Of a stretch of DNA of 64,000 bases, positions 10,030 to 20,483 are shown in pieces. The notes below the pieces were generated by a model that made no database searches, had not been told where the DNA came from, and was given only the letters and a program-made list of their open reading frames with translations. This DNA comes from a virus (lineage: Duplodnaviria; Caudoviricetes): positions 171,560-235,559 of IMG/VR virus record IMGVR_UViG_3300001528_000425. One strand, written 5' to 3'. Position 1 is the stretch's first letter, and each line of letters begins with the position of its first letter. The translations under genes and the position numbers were made by a program.

Positions 10030-11928
10030 TTAGTTCTTGTTCACTCGATGCCACGGGAAGATAGACATCAACGATTTGATTGGAGCGCTCATGCCCATCA
10101 TGGTTGCCCAGTAAGTTGAAGATCCCCACGTGTTACGTTTCATCAACAGAAGCGCTTGTGTTCTTCTCATCATGGTATCCCATCGGAAGTATCTTTCCTT
10201 CAAGCCGATACCGGCAAGTGTGTCCAGATACATATCGAGTTTCGTTGTATTCAAGTTATCGATCGTCCCATCACACAAGTGTGTATAAAGCACAGGAGAA
10301 AGATCCTTGATCGAGAAACTCACTTTAACGACAGTGGGCATGTCTGTATGGTTCCACCCGAATTCCTGATCGCCTCGCTCTACACTCAGGCTATCGATGA
10401 TTCCGTAGGGAACGGCGAACATACCCTTGACATATGCCCTTACCATAAACGGTGAGGTGAATGTTGAGTTACCGGTACCTCGAGGAAGAGTACCAGCCAA
10501 CAAACAAGACAACGGGATGTAGATGGATTGGTAGATCGAAACCGGATCTCCATACTTGGCACGTAGTACCATATTGAAACTGTAGCTTTTGCTGAAGCTA
10601 CTTCCAGCCCATACTTCTGGTAAGTCGAAATATCCGTTACCGGTGTAGATATTCATAGCGGCCTTTTTGAAACCGCTAGAAGCTGCTTCCCAGAATTGCT
10701 TAAATCCAGAAACCAATGCATCCAAAGTTCCGATAACACCAGTGCCACCGGCACTGTTCATGGAGATGTCACGTTTCTGCCCAACGAATCCGTTCAAGTC
10801 CTGTGCCAACTGAGTTTCCTTGGTGCTGTTGCTGAAACTTTCGGAGGCGTTGGTACCCTTTTCGATGCGGAACCCGATGAAGTCGTTGCCACCAAGTGCA
10901 GAGCCCTTAAACGCACCAGTGAATCGATCGAAGATCGTAGATTCTTGTCCACCATCGATCTCATCTTTGTTGGTTTTCTCGTTGCGTTTGATACCCTTGC
11001 CCATTGCTTTCGCTTGCTCGTCATTTAGATCGTCAGTAGACATATTGAGTAGCTTCTGATCCTTGGCGTCTGGGTCCAATCGAGCAGCACGTTTGTTCAG
11101 GATACGAAAGATATCCGGACCGTCTTTGATGATCTCTGGGAGATTATGTCGATACATAGCTGCTATTTCTGGATTCTGCAATCCTTGGGAAGTAGTGTTA
11201 CCCCAAATACCCATATTAACTGCAAGCTTAGATGCTATGACGTTCACCAATCTCAGATACAAGGGCATGGATTGATAGAACTTGATGTAGTCGGTAACCT
11301 CAAATGTGTTACCAAGCGACAGTAACTTCGATGTCCAGATGATCGGATACCATGGAAGTTCGAATGCGATCTTCAAACCTTCTCCAAGCAGATGTCCAAT
11401 GGAATAGGCTGCGCTCGCATAACCGTTCTCCATGGTAACAGCCAACTTAGCTGCTGTCGCTTTACCAAGGTAATCTTCCAGCTTATTGAAGTGAGGTACT
11501 CCGAAGGTCATCCACAAGATGCGTTGTTGTCCGTCGAAGATCTCACTATACACTCGACCCATACCAGAGTATCCATATCCAGCAGCTCTACCAGCCTTGC
11601 TGTTCATGATAGGAACAATGTCATCATCCAACCCGAAGGACGGATAAGGATTGATAGCATCGTTACCACCTACACTTGAATCAGACACGATCGGACGTTC
11701 TCCGATCGATTTGTCTTTCTTTTCAAGATCTTTCAATTGCTCCCTGGCACGAGCTCTTGCTGTATCCACGTCCATATTTTCATCAGCTTCCATGAAACCC
11801 TTAGCGAATACATCAATAAGAGAATCTCTGTAGTTCTGATAACTCTTACCAAGGATGACTCCGTAGGGGGATTTGAGCCAGTCTGGATTCTGGTCCATCA
11901 CAGTTTCGGGTCTTTTAACCGAAGCCAT
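10030..11928 (-). CDS. Tail/baseplate protein (phiKZ gp182-like)
   Basis: SSVGGNDAINPYP..DDD..GMGRVYSE and FGVPHFN motifs; directly downstream of the gp181-like gene. Confidence 0.75.
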   Translation of the reverse strand: MASVKRPETVMDQNPDWLKSPYGVILGKSYQNYRDSLIDVFAKGFMEADENMDVDTARARAREQLKDLEKKDKSIGERPIVSDSSVGGNDAINPYPSFGLDDDIVPIMNSKAGRAAGYGYSGMGRVYSEIFDGQQRILWMTFGVPHFNKLEDYLGKATAAKLAVTMENGYASAAYSIGHLLGEGLKIAFELPWYPIIWTSKLLSLGNTFEVTDYIKFYQSMPLYLRLVNVIASKLAVNMGIWGNTTSQGLQNPEIAAMYRHNLPEIIKDGPDIFRILNKRAARLDPDAKDQKLLNMSTDDLNDEQAKAMGKGIKRNEKTNKDEIDGGQESTIFDRFTGAFKGSALGGNDFIGFRIEKGTNASESFSNSTKETQLAQDLNGFVGQKRDISMNSAGGTGVIGTLDALVSGFKQFWEAASSGFKKAAMNIYTGNGYFDLPEVWAGSSFSKSYSFNMVLRAKYGDPVSIYQSIYIPLSCLLAGTLPRGTGNSTFTSPFMVRAYVKGMFAVPYGIIDSLSVERGDQEFGWNHTDMPTVVKVSFSIKDLSPVLYTHLCDGTIDNLNTTKLDMYLDTLAGIGLKERYFRWDTMMRRTQALLLMKRNTWGSSTYWATMMGMSAPIKSLMSIFPWHRVNKN

Positions 11929-12037
11929 ATGACGTTTCCTCCTTTAGTTGTTCTTAAATTTGCTATATTATCGTCCATAACGAATAAAAAGAACTAGGTA
12001 AGGAGGGGGATATCCCCCTCCTTACCTAGTGGATGAG

Positions 12038-15000
12038 TTACTTCTTACGAAGATCGACTCCATCTCGATCCGACTCTTTTCCAGTCTGCTGCATAACAGC
12101 AACAGGGGAATTGTTCATAACAACAGGCGGCGGCATTTCCTTCTTGGCGGTTTCTTGCGAAGCCTTGACCAGGTCAGACATACCATCGATCTTGATGCCT
12201 CCTCCGTTGGTAACCAACTTGGATAGCAACTGAGCGATCTGAGCGCTGTTCGCTGCATTTTGAGCAGCAGCAGATTCATTCTTCTTAAGGCTCTCAGCGA
12301 GACCCTGCTGAAGTTTATCAACACTGTTGTTAAGATTACGCGCACCTTGCAGTTGAGTAGAAGGTGCAGTCTGTGCTGCATTCTTCACCTCTTCCTGGGT
12401 AGATGCCATCGGATTGGGATCGGAACCCATGATGTCACGACCAGTAGTCGTGAGCTTCGGTGCATTGGTTGATGCATCTTTGATGATGTCAGATGCTGGT
12501 GGTTCTGGTTGGATTTCTGCATTCTCCACGGAAGCAGCTGCATCCTTCCCTTGTTCCAGGGCGGCTTTTTCTTGTTCAGCTTTAGCAGCTTGCGCCTTGC
12601 TGTACTCAGCCTCGATGGCTTTGGAGATAGCGAAGCCTTCTTTACTACCAGCTTTAGTTCCCAAGAACGCGGCGGCTTTGTCCGCCAGAGATTTGCCCTC
12701 GGGGGTGTTCATACCGCCAAGCTTCTGAACAAGCATCTGGTGACGTTTGTTCTTAAGCTCCCACATCTTCTTATCATCACTATTACCACGGAAGAAGTTC
12801 TTCATGGACAACCAACCGGTTTCACCTGCAGAACGAGCAGCAGCTACGATCACACGACCTTGTTCGACTGGGTTGAGACCAACGTCAATTGCATTGTTGA
12901 CGAACCCTCTCCAGCTCACTCCGCCACGGTTAGCGACCTGTTCCTCGTATTCTTTTCTGCGTTCTCCGGTCATGAGCGCACCATCGATAGCACCTGCACC
13001 GATCGCTGCCAACTGGAGTGGACCAAGTGCTTTGGACGCTACACCAGAAGCAGCTTTCAGACCGACAGTAGCTGCAGCCTTGGGAGCTGCTTTAGCGGCG
13101 ACCTTACCAGCTAAGCCGAGAATCGGCGCTGCCGTATAGCCAACGTTAACTGCCGTATCAGCTGCAGATGCGATACCAGACTGATTCTCAGCGGTGGTAT
13201 CATCCCCGAGAGCCGTCAGCCAAGGACCTTTCTGTTGAGAAGATGCTGGTACCGGAGGCGGAGCTCCACCTGCTTTCAGCTTCTCCAGCAGAGCATTATT
13301 CGGTGCATTGGTTGATGCATCAGCGTTCTGCATCGGATTGGGATCGGGAGTATCTCCAGGAGATTTCACTTCCGTTCCTACTTGTTCCAGGGCGGCTTTT
13401 TCTTGAGGAGTAGTTGGAGAGCCTTCTTCCTTCCCTTCTTCACCGGGAATTAATCCAGCATCCTTCTTCATCTGAAGTTCTTTGATACGATCGGAGATAT
13501 CCTCATCATCGTTCAAATCCACTCCAAGTGCATTCAACTCCTTGATATCACGTTCTTCTGGCGCTTTGTTTCGAAGTTCCTGAAGTCTGGAAATCTGCTG
13601 ATCAGTAGTCATAAGGGCGGACGTTGCCGCCTTCTTATCATCTTCCGATGCAGCTTCTCCGTCTTCTGTCTTTTCGATGGCACCGCCAGCTGCATCCGCA
13701 ACTGCCTGTTGGAACATGTTGTAAGCTGCCTGGCATTCCTCGATAGACTTCGCCTCCGTGATGTTCATCATAGCGGCAGCTGCCGCTTTCTTCTGACGAT
13801 CATTCATGTCTGGCATCGTACTATCGATGGTATCGAGCAACTGCTTCTTGTAATCGGCTAATTGCTTTTCTTGATCATCATCACCTCCGGACATCCCGTA
13901 GGCAGTACCAGCGATAGCAGCGGTTCCGATACCAAGCACAGCCAGCTTCTTCCCCCAACCACCAGGAGTCTTAAGGGCCTTCATTAACATTTTGCCGCCA
14001 GCCTTCCAAACGCTAGGTTTGAAGAGTTTGCCAGCTGTTTTGGTAGCAGAGGCGATACCCTTACCGTAGTTCTTGAACGCTTTGCCGCTGGTAAACATCC
14101 GACGTGCGGTGTTCCACACCTTTGATCCTCTGGTGAGCATGCCTCCAGAGGTCTGAGATGCACGACCAGCGCGCTGAAGCACTCGTGCTCTGGCGTAGAG
14201 ACCTTTGCCAAGCTTAGAGCCCTTGCTCCAGCCCCCCTTCGCCATGGTTCTGCCTTTGTACCAGTTAGCGAACTTACCGGCTCCAGCAGCCAGACCCAAT
14301 CCACCTAACGTGTATTTGACTGTCTTGCTGAGCCAACCTTCGCCTCCCTCACCAGTATTGTTGGTGACGTTATTGATGACTTGAGGTCCATCATCACCGC
14401 CTCCTCCACCTGCAGCCATGGCAGCGAGTTCCTCGCGACGTTCCTTCTCGGCTTGACGCTTCTCCATGATGTCTTCGTAACTTCCATCACGATCTCCATC
14501 ACCATCGGCATCGCCGAACATCGGTCGTTTTCCACCAGGCCCGCCACCATAGAACCCATCTTCAGGAAGTCTCGCATCCAACAACTTGTAGATCAAATCC
14601 AACCGATCTGTGATCGGTGCGTACTTCTTCTCTGGGTTCTTACCGGCTCCGAATAGCCATTTGAGACCTGCACCCGCACCATCGAACAATTTCTTGTAGA
14701 TGTGCGTGTACATCTCAACTACGCTACCGCCACCTTTGAAGAGGGTCTTCAGCATGTCAGAACCATTGCCGAGAAGTTTCTTGGCAAGACCTCCCCCACC
14801 TCCGGCTCCAGATCCGAGTGGACGGTTATCCACATCTACCAACCCATGCTTAATATCTTCTTCAGTGATCAGACACTCTTTGGTTTGAGGATCGAACACC
14901 GGTTCGATGATATCTTCACTACGCTTGACTGTGGTACCATCTTTGAACACGACTCCGCTTTCTTGCTTCCGTCGTGACAGGATCGGTTTACCGGGATCGA

Positions 15001-18000
15001 TCTGATCCTTGAGATAGATGTTGACATAAGGTCTGTCAGCTGCTCGTCTGCCACCGAGGATATTGGAGATACCCTTGATGGCCGCACCGTAAACACCGAA
15101 GTAACCTTTCAGCAATCCGGTCGCTCCTTTGACAGCATTGTTAGCCAAGAGCAACCCACCTTGCACCATCTTGGACAGAGGACGATTAGACACCGTCACC
15201 AGGCCATGTTGCAAGTCTTCTTCACTGATCAGTACTTCTCCGGTAGCTGCATCGATCACAGGACGATCGATATCCTTACTGTTGAGAACACGTTCTTGTG
15301 TATCTGCGAACAGTACGCCAGGTGCTCTCGCTTGTTTCTGGGCACTGAGCAGCGGATGTCCGAGATCGACGTTATCCTTGAGATAGATGTCGTAGTACGG
15401 TTCCTTAGCACCCAATACACCACCAGCTATCTTGCTGGCTAACCCGAAGGCTCCTTTGATCGCTGAACTGTAGACGTTGAAGTAGCCTTTCGCGATGGTG
15501 CCACCAGCACCTACGAGTTTACCCGCAAGTCCTGTCAGACCCCCACCACCTTGGCCTCCTATACCTTGGAGTCCTGCGACCAACTCGAGCATCGTGTCAA
15601 GTTGTTCGTCGCGTTTGGTCTGACGTTCGTCCCAACTAACGTTCCATGCCTTGAACGCATCGAGCATTGAGTTGGAGTTGGTAACACCAAGACCAGGATC
15701 ATCGATACTGGGAGAAGCTGGATCTTGAACCGTACTGGTTTGCACGGTAGAAGAAGGTGCTTGAACTTGCGGCAGAGGAGCTGCTTCAGGTCTCAGTCGG
15801 TTGAGCTGAGTCAGTTTTCTAGCCATCACCATACGCAACTGCAGCACATCGAATTTCTTACCGGATTTGGATTCCAGTGTATCCAGTAAGGCACCGAAAT
15901 CGTTCCGATATTGAAGGATCAATGCTCCAAGTTGATCAGAATCCATACCTGCCTGGTTGGCAAGATCTTCAGCCGAACTGATAGGAGTAAGTTGCGGAGA
16001 AGATGGAGATGGTGCAGCACCTGTGGGCGATGGTATCCCCGACGGAGGTGGTGTCTCTGGGATGAAGGACTCCCGTCTCGGTGCTGGTGCCGTCTGGCTT
16101 TCATTACCGATGTGGATACCACGTTCGTGTAACCTTGCAACGATTCTATCTTTGAGATCACCTTTGGCCACACGAGTCAACGTCTCTCCGGTTCCTTGGA
16201 GAAAATCATCCACAGGCTGGAAAACGCTGGAACTGGTAACAGAGCGAAGTTTATTCGCTCCAGCAGCCAGTGCTCCAGTGACACGACTCCCTACTGTAGA
16301 GATCTTCTCCGTGGCAACTTGTCTTACTTCATCAGAATGCTGTAAGCCACGAAGTGTGGACTCGTAAGCGTCATCAACAGCGCTTCCAAATGTTTTCTCG
16401 TCTTTCTTCCGCAATTCAGCGGCGATGGGATCGAGATTGATCTGGTCGTTTTTATTGATGATGTCGGTCAAATACCGACGCATGCCACGAGCTTCAGCGA
16501 AGATCGGCAATTCGGTTTTGAAGGCATCGCGTGCAGATTGACGATTGACCGCTTGTTGGATCATGTCCACCATGCGCTTGTCATATACACCATCCGGGAA
16601 GCAAGAGTCGTAGATCACTCGCAACACTGCTTTTGGATTACGTGTCCCCTTGGTGATCGTTGCGATGTACTTGTCCGGGTCCGGATAGGGATCATTGGGA
16701 TCTTCGTTGATATAAAGTCCGATCGTGTCCAAGTCCAGCGCCTCCATACGGAGCGCCATATTGACGATCACTTTACTAATGTCGTCCTGGACATTATCGA
16801 AGTTCATCTTATCTTCTTCAGATGCTTGAGACTTCGAGTGACCAGCTTTGATTGTACCGATCGCCGCAGACAAATCCTTGGATCGTTGCTCTGCAGTACC
16901 CATGATACGATCGAACATGTTAGAACGCATCTCGGACACAGGGACAAAAGAGCGACTGTAATAGTCGTAAGCTTCTTCCTCTTGAGGTGATCCGGCTCTC
17001 AGCTGAGCGATCTCATTGTGGATCTTACCGAGCCATCCAGGGATGATCTCCACGATCGATTGTCTGGTGATGTTGTCGTAGATAGCGGCATCGGTGCCAT
17101 TGGTCAGAAGCTTGTTGGTTCCAACTGAAGCCGCTTCAAAACCCGGGATGATATCCGCCAGGAAACCCATAAGACCAGGCTGGTTCGCAGCGCGTTTACG
17201 CCACTGGGCCACTTTCATCAAGGTATTGGTTTTGATATCACCGAAGGCGCCTTCCATGTCAGACGCGAATGGCTGAAGCTTATCAGCGATACGTCGAGTA
17301 CCAGCAACGCCAAGGAATCCACCCAATCCTCGAGCAAGGAGACCGCTGATTTGGCTTCCGATCCCCTGGCCTTCCATGCCAAGTTCACGCCCCATCTCAG
17401 CAGCATCAGCTTGTTGTTCAAGTTGTCCTGCAAAACTTCCAAGCATCCCTTGAGTACGTTCGAAGACTTTGTCTCGAATGTTTCCAAGGAGTTTGTCACG
17501 GAAGGTAGAAATGTATCCAGAAAGTCTCTGACCCCACTGTCCGTAGGTGGACTTCAAGTATTCTTCCTTCATACGTTCGATCTTGGTGATCTTATTCACT
17601 TCCGGCAATGCCGTATTGTGAGCGATGATCTTCAAGTTCGATTCCATGACTTGCGACATCGTGCTGATCGCTCCAAAGATGTCTCTGGATACAAACAGAT
17701 GTCTGTATTTCAGTTCCAGGGATTTCTTCAAATAAGCGGTGTAAGTCGTCTTCACGAAAGCAGCCACGTAGCGATTCGCTACATAGATGTCAGACAACCG
17801 ATTCTCAAGCTGACGATTCCGGGTGGAAGCGAGTGCTTGATTCAACATGTTGGTCTGACGTTCTTCCGCCTTCTGGGCTGCCATATACTCGATCTGAGCA
17901 CTGGAAGTATCAGCGAAGACAGAACTCAATTCCGCTGCAATACTCTCCGATTCGATCGATTCTTTCGATCTGGGAGAATACGCCCAACGAGCATCGATGT

Positions 18001-18430
18001 CACGACGTCTCTGGCGGTCCTGCAGCTTCTTATTGATCTTATCATAGATTCGTTTCGGGACCAATCTCTTCGCTTGAGGTAACAGCTTACTCGCTGAGAC
18101 CTCGAGACTGATCAACGTGGGCTGGAGTTTCTGGGAGAACTCCCTTCGCATGTCGTTGAACTCACTGTAAGTCTGTGAGAGTTCACTCGCCATAGCGGAT
18201 GTCTTGGGAAGACGACGTCCGATTTCCACACTGAGAGCATCACCTGCTCCAGTTGCGGTATCTTTCAGGAACTTGCTAACGAATTTCTTAGTAGGACCAG
18301 ACGGTTTACGTCCGGTTACCTTCGGTTCTTCGATATCGAAGTTACCAAGTCCAGATTCCCATTCGTCAGCATTGTCGAATGGTTGGAAATCTTCTTCCCG
18401 CAATGATTCAAGACTTTTATCAATAGCCAT
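12038..18430 (-). CDS. Giant tail (tape-measure-like) protein, phiKZ gp181-like
   Basis: 2130 aa; YLKKSLELKYR and TRQSIVEIIPGWL motifs; duplicated DIYLKD..PLLS..I..EDL.HGLV repeat; adjacent to gp182-like. Confidence 0.75.
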   Translation of the reverse strand: MAIDKSLESLREEDFQPFDNADEWESGLGNFDIEEPKVTGRKPSGPTKKFVSKFLKDTATGAGDALSVEIGRRLPKTSAMASELSQTYSEFNDMRREFSQKLQPTLISLEVSASKLLPQAKRLVPKRIYDKINKKLQDRQRRRDIDARWAYSPRSKESIESESIAAELSSVFADTSSAQIEYMAAQKAEERQTNMLNQALASTRNRQLENRLSDIYVANRYVAAFVKTTYTAYLKKSLELKYRHLFVSRDIFGAISTMSQVMESNLKIIAHNTALPEVNKITKIERMKEEYLKSTYGQWGQRLSGYISTFRDKLLGNIRDKVFERTQGMLGSFAGQLEQQADAAEMGRELGMEGQGIGSQISGLLARGLGGFLGVAGTRRIADKLQPFASDMEGAFGDIKTNTLMKVAQWRKRAANQPGLMGFLADIIPGFEAASVGTNKLLTNGTDAAIYDNITRQSIVEIIPGWLGKIHNEIAQLRAGSPQEEEAYDYYSRSFVPVSEMRSNMFDRIMGTAEQRSKDLSAAIGTIKAGHSKSQASEEDKMNFDNVQDDISKVIVNMALRMEALDLDTIGLYINEDPNDPYPDPDKYIATITKGTRNPKAVLRVIYDSCFPDGVYDKRMVDMIQQAVNRQSARDAFKTELPIFAEARGMRRYLTDIINKNDQINLDPIAAELRKKDEKTFGSAVDDAYESTLRGLQHSDEVRQVATEKISTVGSRVTGALAAGANKLRSVTSSSVFQPVDDFLQGTGETLTRVAKGDLKDRIVARLHERGIHIGNESQTAPAPRRESFIPETPPPSGIPSPTGAAPSPSSPQLTPISSAEDLANQAGMDSDQLGALILQYRNDFGALLDTLESKSGKKFDVLQLRMVMARKLTQLNRLRPEAAPLPQVQAPSSTVQTSTVQDPASPSIDDPGLGVTNSNSMLDAFKAWNVSWDERQTKRDEQLDTMLELVAGLQGIGGQGGGGLTGLAGKLVGAGGTIAKGYFNVYSSAIKGAFGLASKIAGGVLGAKEPYYDIYLKDNVDLGHPLLSAQKQARAPGVLFADTQERVLNSKDIDRPVIDAATGEVLISEEDLQHGLVTVSNRPLSKMVQGGLLLANNAVKGATGLLKGYFGVYGAAIKGISNILGGRRAADRPYVNIYLKDQIDPGKPILSRRKQESGVVFKDGTTVKRSEDIIEPVFDPQTKECLITEEDIKHGLVDVDNRPLGSGAGGGGGLAKKLLGNGSDMLKTLFKGGGSVVEMYTHIYKKLFDGAGAGLKWLFGAGKNPEKKYAPITDRLDLIYKLLDARLPEDGFYGGGPGGKRPMFGDADGDGDRDGSYEDIMEKRQAEKERREELAAMAAGGGGGDDGPQVINNVTNNTGEGGEGWLSKTVKYTLGGLGLAAGAGKFANWYKGRTMAKGGWSKGSKLGKGLYARARVLQRAGRASQTSGGMLTRGSKVWNTARRMFTSGKAFKNYGKGIASATKTAGKLFKPSVWKAGGKMLMKALKTPGGWGKKLAVLGIGTAAIAGTAYGMSGGDDDQEKQLADYKKQLLDTIDSTMPDMNDRQKKAAAAAMMNITEAKSIEECQAAYNMFQQAVADAAGGAIEKTEDGEAASEDDKKAATSALMTTDQQISRLQELRNKAPEERDIKELNALGVDLNDDEDISDRIKELQMKKDAGLIPGEEGKEEGSPTTPQEKAALEQVGTEVKSPGDTPDPNPMQNADASTNAPNNALLEKLKAGGAPPPVPASSQQKGPWLTALGDDTTAENQSGIASAADTAVNVGYTAAPILGLAGKVAAKAAPKAAATVGLKAASGVASKALGPLQLAAIGAGAIDGALMTGERRKEYEEQVANRGGVSWRGFVNNAIDVGLNPVEQGRVIVAAARSAGETGWLSMKNFFRGNSDDKKMWELKNKRHQMLVQKLGGMNTPEGKSLADKAAAFLGTKAGSKEGFAISKAIEAEYSKAQAAKAEQEKAALEQGKDAAASVENAEIQPEPPASDIIKDASTNAPKLTTTGRDIMGSDPNPMASTQEEVKNAAQTAPSTQLQGARNLNNSVDKLQQGLAESLKKNESAAAQNAANSAQIAQLLSKLVTNGGGIKIDGMSDLVKASQETAKKEMPPPVVMNNSPVAVMQQTGKESDRDGVDLRKK

Positions 18431-19203
18431 TACTGATCAGTTCCTGTAATAATCTTGTTGCGGATGAAAGTGAAGTCACATACAGCTGCCATGTGGATCT
18501 GTTGGTTCTCGATCCTCTGTTCGATGTCATCTGTATGTGTTACTTGTATACGACTGAAGACGAACTTGGTGAGAAACTCGTTAGCCTCACCCAGTCTAGC
18601 ACAAGTCGATCCTTTCCGGAAGAAATTCAGAATATCGTACACTACAAAATAATCCAGTGTTTCGATAAACGACTCAGGATAGGAGTTGATTTCTCTATCC
18701 AAGAATTCAACTCGCATGAATGGATCGATTCTGGTTTTCAACTGATGTTTGATCATCAACTTGGCATCTTCATGCAGATGAAGTGATGTACAGTTGAAGT
18801 AATAGGTTACAGGATCGTTGGTATCTTTGTGTTTGTTGAATGTGTTAATCCCTTGGATCATAGAATCGATGGTTCTCCAAGATTCCGTAATGGGAGATCC
18901 AAGGCAAAGATTCCGGTTGAACTTCGGGTTGTTCAGTACTTCCAAGATTTGGCTCTCTTTCAGCCTTAACTGAGGGAAATACTTCGCTGTCTCCAGATCG
19001 ATCGCTTTCTCATACATGGGAAGTCGATACAAGATGTATTGATATTCCACATCTGTAGAGATAAGCTGTTGTATGATTGCTCCAAGCTTGTAATCGAAGC
19101 AACATTCCAGATCAATGTAGACGTTCCTGATTTGCTTGAAATAAGGAGACATCATAGCGGTTCCCAGTGCAGAATATTCGCTGAATGATGCGGGTGGCTG
19201 CAT
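18430..19203 (-). CDS. Conserved jumbo-phage hypothetical protein
   Basis: VYIDLECCFDYKLG motif; AGGAGG RBS; stop overlaps the next start. Confidence 0.6.
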   Translation of the reverse strand: MQPPASFSEYSALGTAMMSPYFKQIRNVYIDLECCFDYKLGAIIQQLISTDVEYQYILYRLPMYEKAIDLETAKYFPQLRLKESQILEVLNNPKFNRNLCLGSPITESWRTIDSMIQGINTFNKHKDTNDPVTYYFNCTSLHLHEDAKLMIKHQLKTRIDPFMRVEFLDREINSYPESFIETLDYFVVYDILNFFRKGSTCARLGEANEFLTKFVFSRIQVTHTDDIEQRIENQQIHMAAVCDFTFIRNKIITGTDQ

Positions 19204-19355
19204 ATAAGCTCTCCTCCTATTTGATTCATATAGACCTTATTTTAACATAGGATGGCGGGTAGCTGTAGGTATTTAATTAGAGTACCTTAGCTATTATATG
19301 TGTGTACGTGATAACGTGTATGTCGTATCAACAAGTCAAGTATCTAGGAGTTAAC

Positions 19356-20411
19356 ATGAAATTCACCCAACCGACGAACGAAGAACCGGTCGTCTACAAC
19401 CTGCCGAATACCGACGCTGTCGTCGGTGTGCTCGCCAGGATTGCCGCCGGCGTGGAAGGTGATTCTGTCACGATGGTCGTCAACAACGTCCTGACCGACA
19501 CGATCACCGTGGAAGGTGTGACGCTGGCTGAAGGAGAGGCCAAAGTCCTCTTCGACTTCTGTCAGGAATTCCGCAAGCTGAACGAAAATGTTCAGTGGAA
19601 CGTCATGAATCTGACCTACACCAAAGCCGTGGGAGATGCCGATGCTTTCGTCGACATCACCGTTGCCTGGGATCAGGCGAAGTACGACGAGACCAAGAAG
19701 GCGCTCGAAGAGACTCCCGACACCCAAGCCGAACCGCAACCTGAAGCTCCCGCTGCCCCGGCCGCGCCTGAGTCCCCGGCTCCCGAAACGGAAACCCCGA
19801 CCGAACCTGCCGCTGAGCCCGCTCCGGCGCCGGAACAGCCGTCTCTGCCCGCTACCATCGATGTCCCGGAACCGACGAACGTCTACCGTGCTCCGCATGC
19901 TCTGAAGCTCTTCGGTGCTGATGGTCAGCCGGTGTTCGCCTGTGATGTCACCTGGGGTATGGAAGGTCTGTATCCGGCCGAGAACGTCAAGGTGGAAGAT
20001 CGCGCCTGGTGGGTGCACATCGACACCGTCGCTCTCTTCGGCAAGAAGTACGACATCAACGCCTGCATCGCCTGCGATGTCCCGGGCGGCAAGATCGTCG
20101 AAGCTCAGGTCAAACTGTACAATGAAACTGTCGAGAAGCTGGACGAAATCGTCGAAGCGTTCATCGGCAAGGAACTGCTGCAGTATCTGACCGAAGCTAT
20201 GAAGGAAGTCGAGAACGCTCCGGAACTGACCGCCGAATCCATCAAGGAAGCCATCGTCGATCTGAAGAAGATCAAGATCACCTCCGTCGATGGCAAATAC
20301 GATGCGGTCATCGGACTGTGCCTCAGCTTCTGCCCGGACTGCTGCATCGGTATCAAGCTGGTTGACGGCAAAGTTGACGAGATCGACAAGATCGAAGTCA
20401 TCGCCTGCTAA
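19356..20411 (+). CDS. Hypothetical acidic two-domain protein with Pro/Ala/Glu linker, likely highly expressed
   Basis: AGGAG RBS before MKFTQP; strong C/G-ending codon bias. Confidence 0.75.
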   Translation: MKFTQPTNEEPVVYNLPNTDAVVGVLARIAAGVEGDSVTMVVNNVLTDTITVEGVTLAEGEAKVLFDFCQEFRKLNENVQWNVMNLTYTKAVGDADAFVDITVAWDQAKYDETKKALEETPDTQAEPQPEAPAAPAAPESPAPETETPTEPAAEPAPAPEQPSLPATIDVPEPTNVYRAPHALKLFGADGQPVFACDVTWGMEGLYPAENVKVEDRAWWVHIDTVALFGKKYDINACIACDVPGGKIVEAQVKLYNETVEKLDEIVEAFIGKELLQYLTEAMKEVENAPELTAESIKEAIVDLKKIKITSVDGKYDAVIGLCLSFCPDCCIGIKLVDGKVDEIDKIEVIAC

Positions 20412-20483
20412 CAGCAGCTACAGATGAAATAGAAGAGTCAGTCACTAGTGGAGCTTCAAGCTCCACTAGTGACCCTCTTTTGT

